Source of the DNA: an uncultured Candidatus Rokubacteria bacterium
GTDB taxonomy: Bacteria > Methylomirabilota > Methylomirabilia > Rokubacteriales > CSP1-6
DNA length: 29,975 nucleotides
Direction: 5' to 3'
Assembly: GCA_963789955.1 (NCBI GenBank)
Contig: CAWBMV010000031.1
Coordinates: forward strand, 1-29,975
The stretch's first letter is position 1. The number at the start of each line of letters is the position of its first letter. Below, one piece after another: positions 17,882 to 26,766 of the stretch. The position numbers and the translations under genes are program-made. A model generated the notes under the pieces. The model searched no databases. It saw only the letters and a program-made list of their open reading frames with translations, and was not told the origin of the DNA.

Positions 17882-20114
17882 CTACCTGGTCGCTGACGGT
17901 TCCGCCATCGGCGGGCGCGCGTCCTCGGACAGATACCAGAGGAATCGCTGCGAGTTCCGAAAGTACTGCGCGAAGAGCTTCAGGTGCTCGGTCGCGTCCT
18001 GCTCGCCGACCTGGCGGCGGAATCCTTCGAGCGCGATGTCCCAGTAGCGGCGATCGCCGCTCGTCTCGGTGACATACGCGAATCCGGGCGTGAGCATCAC
18101 GGCCAGATTGCGGTAGTAGAAGAACCGCCGCGTGGCCGGATCCCATTCCTGGGGATTGCCGAGCAGCCAGTCGGCCGCTCGTTTCATGTAGCCCGGCATC
18201 TCCTTGCGCTTCGTGAGGAGATGCGCCTGGGCCATCGCCTCGAGCGTGATGCCGTACGTCCACGCCTGATCGCTATAGCCGTTCTTGTATCGCGGCTCCC
18301 ACCGTGCGCGAGTTCAGCCGCTTGAGCCGCAGGACGTCGCCGTCCTGCCACGCGTGGGTAGTGTCGATGATCCAGTTGAGGCGATCCAGGTATTTCTGGT
18401 CGCCGAAGACTTCATAGGCCTTCATCATCGCGAAGAGCCCGTGACCGATCGACCGGGTGTTGTTGTCGAGATCGAGACCGTCGGACGTGACGCCGTAGTC
18501 CGACGAGAGCCGCGCCACATCGCGCGACCAGAGGTCGCCGGTCAAGAGCCAGCGGTCGAAGAGACCTTCGTTCTTGTAAAACGACCAGCCCAGCGATGCG
18601 AAGAACGCGCCGTCCGTGTAGCGCGCCCAGTGATTGAGGCCGGGACCGGTGCGCGGCGAGCCGTCGTGGCCGGGCCGTACGTCCTTGTGCGCGATGTCGA
18701 CGTCGGCGAGGTGCGCGGCCGCCTCGATCGCCGTCCGCAGTGACGTCAAATCCCCGGTCCGGAAGAAGTGCAGGAACAGCGTGTGCGGAAAGTCGTAGTA
18801 CTCGGTCTCCCAGTGCACTCCGTAGTCGGGCTGGCTCGGATCCTCTTCCACCTTGTGGATGGCATCGCCGAAATCGAGCATGCCGTATTCGTCGCGCGGC
18901 TCGCCGCGAAAGGGCATGCCGCGATCGCGCTTGGCCAGCACCTGGTCGCGCGCCTTCGTGAGCCACTCGTCGTACTTCACGACCAGCGGCCAGTAGTCCT
19001 TCTGGAACGCCTCCGGCGAAGATTCGACGAGCCGTCCCAGCGCCCGGGTGTCGCGCGTGTACCAGCGCGGCGGCGCGACCGCGAAGACGGGGTGCTCCAG
19101 CTGCGCGGAGAGGGAGCGGCCGTCGAGCGTGAGCAATATTTCGTGCGTCTTGGCGACGCCCATGTAGATGTTCTGCGGGCGTGCGCTGTCGGGAAAGATC
19201 GCCAGCCGCATGCGTCCGTCCGGCGTCACCTCGAAGCCCTTGGGATGGAGCTGCCACCACCACTTGAGCCCGATCCCGAGACCGCCGGCGGTGAACCAGC
19301 CCGCCCGCCGCGGCTCGGTCGCGAGCTGATCCACCCGGGCGGCCGGCGCGCCTCGCGCGAGCTGGCCCTCCAGCCAGAGCCCGTCGAGACGAACGAAGTC
19401 ACTCATCGTCTTGCCCTGGCGGTTCACGAAGCTGTAGATCAGCCGCACGCTCGGCTGTCCCGCCCAGGCCACGATGCGAAGCGTGTAGTCGAGCGCGCGC
19501 TCCTGACCGTCGGCCCAGCCGTGGGCGCCCGTGCGTTTCAGCACCACTTTCAACGGGCTCGATTCTTCGACCGTGAGCTGCGTGCGCTGCCACTGGCCGG
19601 CCTTGTAGATGCGCTGATCGGATTTCAGGACCAGGTCGGCGCCCTTCAGGGCCGGCGTTTCCAGAAATGGCCCGGTCCGGTGCACGGTGAACTGAACGAC
19701 GCCGGTATCGATCCGATAACCGTCGCCGTGCACCTCGACCCGGAGCGCGTGCCGGGGCCGCGGCATCGGCTCGTCGGAAAGGCGCAGGCGGTATACGGCC
19801 TTGCCGCGCGAGGCGACGTCCGCGAGAAAATCACCGTGTACCCACTGAGCCGAGCCGTCGTCCAGCCAGCGGTTTACGAGGCTGAATGCCGCCGGCACGG
19901 CGCGGCCCTCCGGCCCATAGAGGCGCAGCCGCGTCACGTCGCGCGTCAGACCGCGAGGCAGGGGCACGCCAAACGTCACCGGCTCGAGCTGGCGCGTCAC
20001 GCCGGCCGGCTCTTCGATGGTCAGCGGGACGTCCAGGGTCGCGGCACCGGCTCTGCTCGCCAGTGCTGAGAGCGCGGCGAACAATATCAGGAATAGGGGG
20101 CAGCGGGCCAGCAT
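17882..20114 (-). CDS. Secreted YetA/PcRGLX-like (exo-rhamnogalacturonan lyase-related) protein; one frameshift near 18300
   Basis: Signal peptide; EPVTFGVPLPRG...RWLDDGSAQW; GVAKTHE; YGMLDFGD...WETEYYD...FFRTGD...HLADVD. The shifted frame continues WEPRYKNGYSDQAWTYGITLEAMAQ into the 17882-18235 ORF. Alternative start GTG 20126. Confidence 0.68.
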
Positions 20115-20239
20115 ACCGGGCTCCACTGTATACCGACCAGCCGCGGGCTATCGCGGCAGCGCGTCTTGCCCTACCATTGGCGTCGCGTGAGATCCGAGCG
20201 TCGCAGCGAGGCGCCGGGTGGAGCTCGAGGAGGGCGCGC

Positions 20240-21592
20240 ATGGCCAGCACAGAACCGGGAGCTTTGAAGAGCCTGGTCGACGTCGAGCGCGGGATCATCA
20301 GTCGCGAGATTTTCGTCAGCGACGAGATCTACCGCCAGGAGCTCGAGCGGGTGTTCGCCCGCGTATGGCTCTTCATCGGCCACGAGAGCCAGATTCCGAA
20401 GCCCGGCGACTATCTCACCTCATCGATGGGTGAGGAGTCCGTCATCCTGTGCCGTGATCGCGCCGGACGGATCCGCGTCTTCCTCAACTCGTGCCGGCAT
20501 CGCGGCATGAAGGTGTGCCGCTACGACGAGGGCAACACGGTCGAGTTCCAGTGCCCCTACCACGGCTGGAGCTACGGCACCGACGGGGCGCTCGTCGGCG
20601 TGCCCTTCGCCAAGGACGCCTATGGCGCGCAGCTCGATCGAAGCCAGTGGGGCCTCGTCGAGGTCGCGCGGATCGAGAACTACAAGGGCACGATCTGGGC
20701 GACGTGGGACCCTGCCGCGCCGCCGTTCACCGAATATGTGGGCGGCTACAAGCTCTATCTCGATCTGCTGCTCGACTCGTGGGACGGGCGCGAAGGCGGC
20801 ACCGAGGCCATCGGCGGAATCCACAAGTGGCTCATCCCCTGCAACTGGAAGTTCCCGGCCGAGAACTTCTCGGGCGATCGCTACCACGGCATCAGCCACC
20901 GCTCGGTGGACATGGTCGGTATCGGTCCGAGCGGCAAAGGCCGCCGCGACATGCAGGAGCGCAACGAGGCGCGATGGCTCGACGTCTCGTTTCCCGAGCT
21001 CGGCCACTCGATGATCGCGTTCCTCCGCAACCACGACTCGCCGCTCGCGCCGGCCTATCAAGACGCGCCGATCGTCGCCGACTACTTCAAGCATTGCGAG
21101 GAAGAGCGGAGGCGCCGGCGCGGCGAGTACTGGCGGCTCTTCGGCGGACCCGGCACGTTGTTCCCCAACGCCTCTCCCCTGGCGCGCCAGCCGCGCACGC
21201 TCGCGGTGTGGCACCCGCGCGGGCCGCACCAGACCGAGGTCTGGCGCTGGTACTTCGTCGACGCCGACGCGCCGACGGAAGTGAAGGACTTCCTGCGCCA
21301 CTACTACATCCGCTATTCGGGTCCGTCCGGGCTGACCGAGCAGGACGACATGGAGAACTGGAACTACGCCCACAAGGCGAGCCGCGGCACCATCGCGCGC
21401 CAGTACCCGTACAACTACGAGATGGGCCTGGGCCGCGCTCGGCGTGACTTCGAGGACCACGGCCTCAAGCTCCCCGGCGCGATCAGCGACGTGACACAGG
21501 CCAACGCCAGCGAGCACAACCAGCGCGGCTTCTACACGCGCTGGCGTCAGTTCATGGAGGCCGAGAGCTGGACCGGCCTCTCGCCCTCGTGA
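20240..21592 (+). CDS. Aromatic ring-hydroxylating dioxygenase alpha subunit
   Basis: Rieske motif CRHRG...CPYHGW; mononuclear Fe motif NWKFPAENFSGDRYHGISH...QDDMENW; SD GAGGAGG before ATG 20240. Confidence 0.95.
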   Translation: MASTEPGALKSLVDVERGIISREIFVSDEIYRQELERVFARVWLFIGHESQIPKPGDYLTSSMGEESVILCRDRAGRIRVFLNSCRHRGMKVCRYDEGNTVEFQCPYHGWSYGTDGALVGVPFAKDAYGAQLDRSQWGLVEVARIENYKGTIWATWDPAAPPFTEYVGGYKLYLDLLLDSWDGREGGTEAIGGIHKWLIPCNWKFPAENFSGDRYHGISHRSVDMVGIGPSGKGRRDMQERNEARWLDVSFPELGHSMIAFLRNHDSPLAPAYQDAPIVADYFKHCEEERRRRRGEYWRLFGGPGTLFPNASPLARQPRTLAVWHPRGPHQTEVWRWYFVDADAPTEVKDFLRHYYIRYSGPSGLTEQDDMENWNYAHKASRGTIARQYPYNYEMGLGRARRDFEDHGLKLPGAISDVTQANASEHNQRGFYTRWRQFMEAESWTGLSPS

Positions 21593-22137
21593 GCACCGAC
21601 GCGGCCGCGCTCGCCCAGCTCCTCCTCCACCGGGAGATCGAGGAGTTTCTCTACAACGAGGCCGAGCTCCTCGACGCGCGCCGGTTCGACGAGTGGCTCA
21701 CGCTCTTTACCGACGACGCGCGCTACTGGATGCCGATGCGACGCAACGTGCCCCACGACGACCGTGCGCGCGAGTTCACGCGCGAGGGCGCCGACGTGAA
21801 CTGGTTCGACGAGGGCAAGGACACGCTCGGGCGGCGCGTGGCCCAGATCCAGACCGGCATCCACTGGGCCGAGGAGCCCCCCTCGCGCATCTGCCACATG
21901 GTCTCGAACGTCCAGATTTTACGCGCGGCGCCCCCGGGATCGGCGGCGCCGTCGGAGGTCGACGTGCGTTGTCGCTTTCTCGTCTACCGCAATCGCGTCG
22001 AGACGGAGACCGACGTGCTCGTCGGCAAGCGCGAGGACGTGCTGCGCCGGGTGGATGACGGCTGGAAGATCGCGCGCCGCATGGTGATCCTCGACCAGAG
22101 CGTCCTGCTCGCGAAGAATTTGACCTTCTTCATCTGA
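21589..22137 (+). CDS. Aromatic ring-hydroxylating dioxygenase beta subunit (HcaF/BphA2-like)
   Basis: FLYNEAELLD, YWMP, WAEEPPSR, GKREDVLR and LDQSVLLAKNL; GTGA overlap with the alpha subunit. Confidence 0.95.
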   Translation: MSTDAAALAQLLLHREIEEFLYNEAELLDARRFDEWLTLFTDDARYWMPMRRNVPHDDRAREFTREGADVNWFDEGKDTLGRRVAQIQTGIHWAEEPPSRICHMVSNVQILRAAPPGSAAPSEVDVRCRFLVYRNRVETETDVLVGKREDVLRRVDDGWKIARRMVILDQSVLLAKNLTFFI

Positions 22138-22155
22138 TCAGGCGCTCGAGACGCC

Positions 22156-22596
22156 TCAGGCCCTGACCAGAAGGTAAAGATACTCGAGCGTCGCCAGCAC
22201 ACTGAGGCCGCTCCGAACGGCGTGGAGCTTGCCCCATCGCTGCAACAACCTCTGCGTCTCGGCCGACGTCGGGTTCCGCGCGGGATCGAGAAGCCGGTCG
22301 TTCGTTGGCTTGACGACGATCAGCGTGTACGGCACCGCCAGGCCGATGAGCACGGCTCCCGCGAGCCATCGGACATCGCCGCCGAGCCGCCACGCGGCGA
22401 GGCCCGTCAGGAAGCTCACGATCGCCAGTGAGCCCTGCATGACGGCGCCGCGCTTGTAGCTCGGAACGAACTCCGTCGCGGCGATCTTGCTGCCGCAGCT
22501 CATCCGCGCCGGGTGCTCGACGAGACTGACGTAGAGCGCGGCGCCGGTGAAGAGCGCCCCACTCAAGGTCGCGATCAGCTGCGCCGCAGCCAGCAT
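22156..22596 (-). CDS. DUF1772 (anthrone oxygenase-like) membrane protein
   Basis: Four hydrophobic segments; LFTGAALYVSLVEHPAR, PTNDRL and RWGKLHAVRS. Confidence 0.85.
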   Translation of the reverse strand: MLAAAQLIATLSGALFTGAALYVSLVEHPARMSCGSKIAATEFVPSYKRGAVMQGSLAIVSFLTGLAAWRLGGDVRWLAGAVLIGLAVPYTLIVVKPTNDRLLDPARNPTSAETQRLLQRWGKLHAVRSGLSVLATLEYLYLLVRA

Positions 22597-22609
22597 CTGC
22601 GCCGCGCCT

Positions 22610-23221
22610 CTACGACGAGCCCGCGCGCTCGGTGCTCGGCTTGGAGCCCGGTCCGGGCAGCGCGCTCTTCGCGCCGCCCCGCGACTCGCCGTCGACGAGC
22701 GCCGGGATGTCGGGGTACGCATAGATCGTGCGCGCGCCGTTCGCCGGCAGCCCGCCGGTGTCCACCGAGGGCCCGTAGACGCTCCAGACCTGGCGGCCCA
22801 GCAGTCTCAGCAAGGTCGTCTGCTCCGCCCGATGGTGCGCGGTATGCGCGATACGCCGGACCATGATCCAGGCGCGGCTGTGCGTCGTGTCGAAGAACAC
22901 GACGTCCTGCGCCCACCACTCCGCTGGTTTCTCGCGCAGCCGGTCGAGTCGCTTCGCGGAATCCTCGTCATACCGTTTGATGAAAGCCAGGCGGGTCTCT
23001 TCGGCCGGGAACGGTGGCGCGCCAACGTCGATGCCGAACATGCCGGTGAACCAGCGGTCCTCGCTATAGCACTGATGCACCATGTGCTCGTGAAACGTCC
23101 GGTCACGCGCCAGATTCGGGTGCGGCCGGACGTCGAGGTCGGCGTCCTGGAACATCGCCCATACCGAGAGGGTCTTGAGCCGCTCGCTCGCGTAGGTGTC
23201 GACGAGAAACGTGTAGTCCAT
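22610..23221 (-). CDS. DinB/YfiT-family protein
   Basis: RTFHEHMVHQCYSE...RRIAHTAHHRAEQ...LRLLG...SVYGPS His-triad pattern; start at ATG 23221. Confidence 0.85.
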   Translation of the reverse strand: MDYTFLVDTYASERLKTLSVWAMFQDADLDVRPHPNLARDRTFHEHMVHQCYSEDRWFTGMFGIDVGAPPFPAEETRLAFIKRYDEDSAKRLDRLREKPAEWWAQDVVFFDTTHSRAWIMVRRIAHTAHHRAEQTTLLRLLGRQVWSVYGPSVDTGGLPANGARTIYAYPDIPALVDGESRGGAKSALPGPGSKPSTERAGSS

Positions 23222-23237
23222 TGGCGTCGGGCCTCCG

Positions 23238-23780
23238 TCAGAACGGCGGCGGCGTGCCCTCCGGCAGCGGCGAGTCGAACGCGAACAGGACACCGGCGAT
23301 CAGGCGGTACTGGCCGGCGAGCGTAACCAGCTCGATGAGCCCGGGCATCCCGAGGTCGGCCTTCACCTCGTCCTGGAGCCCCTGCGGGATCGATTCGTAC
23401 GCGAGCACATGCTGGACGACGCGCGCGGCGCGCGCGTAGCGCACCGGGATCGTCGAGAGATCACCGCGCGTCCGGATGCGCTCGATGACGTCGTCGGGCA
23501 GCTTCTCGGTGCGCGCGATTCTGGCATGAGCCACCCACTCATAGGCCTGGTTCACCGAGCGCGCGGTGATCAGGATCGCCATCTCGCGGACGTCGCCGGG
23601 CAAGGTGCCGCCGAATCGCAAGTACTCACCGAGGTCGCCGACCTTCTCGGCCAGCGCCGGATGGTGCATCAGCGACGCGAACGGGCCCCCCTTCATCTGG
23701 CCGCGCTTGGCGGTGATCTTGTCGTAGACGCGCCGGGCGTCGGGCGACAGGGTGCTGAGCGGGTCGGGCAGTCTGGCCAT
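23238..23780 (-). CDS. Carboxymuconolactone decarboxylase family protein
   Basis: GPFASLMHHPALA, VREMAILITAR, YEWVAH and LIELVTLAGQY; SD AAGGAG. Confidence 0.88.
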   Translation of the reverse strand: MARLPDPLSTLSPDARRVYDKITAKRGQMKGGPFASLMHHPALAEKVGDLGEYLRFGGTLPGDVREMAILITARSVNQAYEWVAHARIARTEKLPDDVIERIRTRGDLSTIPVRYARAARVVQHVLAYESIPQGLQDEVKADLGMPGLIELVTLAGQYRLIAGVLFAFDSPLPEGTPPPF

Positions 23781-23808
23781 CAGCTCTCTCTCCTTGACCT
23801 CATGCGAG

Positions 23809-25275
23809 CTACCCCGTCACCCAGCCATACCAGCGGTGACTCGGAGCAGCTCCCTCATCGAGATACGCCATCTTCACGCGAGTCAGATAGTCCTTCGGGA
23901 TCTCGTTGCGCTTGGCGCCCACGTCGACACCGAAGACACGCGCCGCGTTCAGTCCGAAGATCTGCTCCTTCGCCGCGCGCGTCAGCGGCGCGTAGGCATG
24001 CTTGTCGACGAGCGCCGCGGGAATCTCGAAGCGCCGGAACGCGTCGATCTGCCACTGCGGCGTGCCGTACCAGATCGAGTCCGTGCCCCACAGCACGTGA
24101 TCGACTCCGAACGCGTCGACGATCTGGCCGAGCAGATGCGCGCACGCCGTGGGATTGGTGGTCACGAGCTGTCCGAACGTCGAGCCGAGCTCCATGTAGA
24201 TATTCTTCAGATTCGCCTGCTTCTTCATCTGACAGAACTCGGTCGTCCACGGCACTTCACCCGTGGGCTTGCCGGCCGACACGCTGAGCAGCCCCGCGTG
24301 GTAGACGAGGAAATCGATGTCAGGGAAGTCCCTCGCCGCCTTGATCAGGTCGCGCGGATGGTTGTAGTCCGCGACCGGACCCAGCGGCAGGCCCTTGTGG
24401 ACGCAGAACCGGCGCACACCGGTCTTGCGCGCTCTCTCGAGCATGGGATAGGCGATCTTCTCGTCGTCGAGGAACCAGCCGTGCTCGAATCCCTTGGCGG
24501 CAGCACCGGTGTAGGCCTTCCAGGCGTCAACCTTGAGCGTGGCCGCCTGCTGATCCATGAAGTCGAGATCGGCCTGGCCGAGCTGCGGCGAGACGAGCCC
24601 ATGGGCGAGCATCCGCCGCGACTGCGTGACGCGGTTGATCTCGTCGCGAATGTGCGTCATCTCCTTCGGCGGGACGACCGCTTCTTGCGGGTACGGCCCG
24701 GGCGGCGTCGAGATGAGGCCGATCGCCGTCTCGCTGTCGAGGAAGACCTCTTTGACCATGTTCTCCCAGGCGAGATCGGCCATCGTGCCGCGATCGGACT
24801 CGAGCTTCGGATTCAGCCGGCGCGAGCCCCGGCGGAGCCCGAGGAGCGCTCCCTTGGAGACCGCGCCTCTTCGGCTCGCTTCGGCATTGGTCGGGTCATA
24901 GGTGGCGCTGACGTAGTGCAGCTGCACGTCGAAAATGAAGACCGGCGCGCCGGTCCGCTCCTGGAACGCGGCCGGATCGGCGGCTTCCACGGGGAGCACG
25001 TCGAAGAAGCGGCCGAACACCGCGTTCATCGCCAGGAGCGAGGTCGCCATCCCGCCGCTTCGGCTCAGGAACTGGCGGCGACTCAGCCCGAGTCGCGGCG
25101 CCAGACGCCCCGCCTCGGCGAGAATCCGATCCTCCACTCGCCGCTGCGCCGGTGTTTGCGGGATCGGAGGAAACTCCTCGTTGGACACGAGCCTCGTCGG
25201 GATCGGGACGGCGGTGGAGAGCCCCCGGCGCATCCGCGGCCCGACGCGAAAGCCGTAGCGATTCTGAGCCGTCAT
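23809..25275 (-). CDS. Amidohydrolase (Amidohydro_2-like) with internal twin-arginine motif
   Basis: FDVQLH, WKAY, CVHKG, VYHAG, YMELG and LWGTDSIW; SRRQFL plus hydrophobic stretch about 65 aa in; SD AGGAGG. Confidence 0.88.
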   Translation of the reverse strand: MTAQNRYGFRVGPRMRRGLSTAVPIPTRLVSNEEFPPIPQTPAQRRVEDRILAEAGRLAPRLGLSRRQFLSRSGGMATSLLAMNAVFGRFFDVLPVEAADPAAFQERTGAPVFIFDVQLHYVSATYDPTNAEASRRGAVSKGALLGLRRGSRRLNPKLESDRGTMADLAWENMVKEVFLDSETAIGLISTPPGPYPQEAVVPPKEMTHIRDEINRVTQSRRMLAHGLVSPQLGQADLDFMDQQAATLKVDAWKAYTGAAAKGFEHGWFLDDEKIAYPMLERARKTGVRRFCVHKGLPLGPVADYNHPRDLIKAARDFPDIDFLVYHAGLLSVSAGKPTGEVPWTTEFCQMKKQANLKNIYMELGSTFGQLVTTNPTACAHLLGQIVDAFGVDHVLWGTDSIWYGTPQWQIDAFRRFEIPAALVDKHAYAPLTRAAKEQIFGLNAARVFGVDVGAKRNEIPKDYLTRVKMAYLDEGAAPSHRWYGWVTG

Positions 25276-25311
25276 GGCGGCCTCCTGGCTAGCGGCGGCG
25301 TGGGACCGCCG

Positions 25312-26730
25312 TTACAGTCGCTTCTTCGAGCCCTGCGTGATCCGCTCGCCGAGCGTGAGCCCGAACCCGTCGCCTCGCTTCGGGCTCTGCTGCATGTAGG
25401 CCTGGGTCTCGGCCTGCTCCTCGCGCGCGAGCGCCTGCGCGTGCGACAGGCGAATCCGACGACCGCCCTCCTCGATCGCGAGGACGAGCACCTTGATCTC
25501 GCTGTCGACGGGAAAGGTCTTGCGCGCGTCGGCGCCGCGGCTCATCGAGAGCTCTCCGGTCGGCACGAGCCCGGTTTGTCCCGGCCCGAGCCGCACGAAG
25601 ACGCCGAACGGCTCGTGGCGCTCGACGGTGCCCTTGAGCACCGCCCCCACCTCGACGCGTGACTCCATCTGCTGCCCGAGCTCGGCGCCCTCGGGCGCCA
25701 GCGCGAGCGCGACACGCCGTTTTTCCCGGTCGATGTTGATGATGAGCACGTTGACCTCGGTGGCGGCGGCCGCGGCTTCGCGCATCGCGCCCTGACGGCT
25801 CCGAGGTATCTCGGTGATGTGCAGGAGGCCGTCCACGCCGGGCATGAGCTCGACGAACACTCCGAACTCGGTCGAGCGAACGGCGCGCCCGCGCACGATC
25901 TGGCGCTCGCGCAGCCGGCCCGCCACTCCGGCCCACGGATCACCCTCGAGGGCCTTCAAGCTGAGCGAGATCCGCCCCTTCTCCTGATCGATCCGGAGCA
26001 CCTTGACGGACACGGCGTCGCCCACGCGCAGGAGATCCGCGGGCCGGCTCGCTCGCGAATGAGACAGCTCGGAGAGCGGCACGAGCCCCTGCACGCCGCC
26101 CAGGTCGATGAACGCGCCGAAGTCCGCGAGCGAGGCCACCGTGCCCGCCAGCACGGCGCCCGGAATGATCTTCTTCCGCGTCTCCTCGGCCATCTCGGCG
26201 GAGCGCTCCTCGAGCAGGCGGCGGCGCGAGAGCACGAGATTGCGCCCGTTCTCGCTGAAGGTCGTCACGCGGAACTCGAGGACGCGCCCGACGTACTCGT
26301 CCGTGGCCTCGACGCGCCGCAAATCCATTTGAGAGAACGGACAGAACCCGCGCAGGCCGCCGACCGTGACCTCGTAACCGCCCTTGATGACGGCGGCCAC
26401 CTTGCCTTCCACGGGAATGCCGGTTTGAGCCGCGACGGCGAGCGCCTGCCGGGCCTGCGCACCCTGGCGAAGCTTGTGCGAGAGCCGGATTTCGTCCCCG
26501 GTCGATACCACCGTGGCCTCAACCTCGTCGCCGATGGCCACGCGAAGCTTGCCGTCTGCGTCGGTGAGCTCGGCGCGCTCGATCCAGGCCTCGCCCTTGC
26601 CGCCGACATCGACGAATACGCTCTCGGCCGAGATCTGGATGACGCGCCCTTTCACGATCTGCCCGATTTCGAGGACGGCCCTGGCGGATTCGCGCGCGAA
26701 CAGCGTGGCGAAGTCTTCAGCGTCACTCAT
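25312..26730 (-). CDS. 30S ribosomal protein S1-like protein, five S1 domains (probable rpsA paralogue)
   Basis: Five OB repeats (VFVDVGGKGEA, GGYEVTVGGLRGFCPFSQ, FGAFIDLGGVQGLV, FGVFVELMPGVDGLLH, FGVFVRLGPGQTGLV); RNLVLSRR and RISLSLK; no cmk or ihfB neighbours. Confidence 0.9.
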   Translation of the reverse strand: MSDAEDFATLFARESARAVLEIGQIVKGRVIQISAESVFVDVGGKGEAWIERAELTDADGKLRVAIGDEVEATVVSTGDEIRLSHKLRQGAQARQALAVAAQTGIPVEGKVAAVIKGGYEVTVGGLRGFCPFSQMDLRRVEATDEYVGRVLEFRVTTFSENGRNLVLSRRRLLEERSAEMAEETRKKIIPGAVLAGTVASLADFGAFIDLGGVQGLVPLSELSHSRASRPADLLRVGDAVSVKVLRIDQEKGRISLSLKALEGDPWAGVAGRLRERQIVRGRAVRSTEFGVFVELMPGVDGLLHITEIPRSRQGAMREAAAAATEVNVLIINIDREKRRVALALAPEGAELGQQMESRVEVGAVLKGTVERHEPFGVFVRLGPGQTGLVPTGELSMSRGADARKTFPVDSEIKVLVLAIEEGGRRIRLSHAQALAREEQAETQAYMQQSPKRGDGFGLTLGERITQGSKKRL

Positions 26731-26737
26731 GCTCACC

Positions 26738-26766
26738 ACCCTAGGCGGGCGTTCTCAGGAGGTCAA
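26738..26766 (-). promoter_or_regulatory. Sigma70-type promoter TTGACC-17-TAGGGT, 7 nt before ATG 26730
   Basis: -35 at 26761-26766 overlaps the kinase stop codon; -10 at 26738-26743. Confidence 0.65.

Noticed and set aside
19886..20239. 118-aa N-terminal extension of the dioxygenase alpha subunit
   Set aside because: Overlaps the divergent gene and is low-complexity; SD and family N-terminus support ATG 20240.
22597..22722. N-terminal extensions of DUF1772 (also DinB, HAD, both MFS, the kinase and the 2422-3363 hydrolase) in the ORF track
   Set aside because: They overlap neighbouring genes or promoter regions; downstream starts fit the families better.
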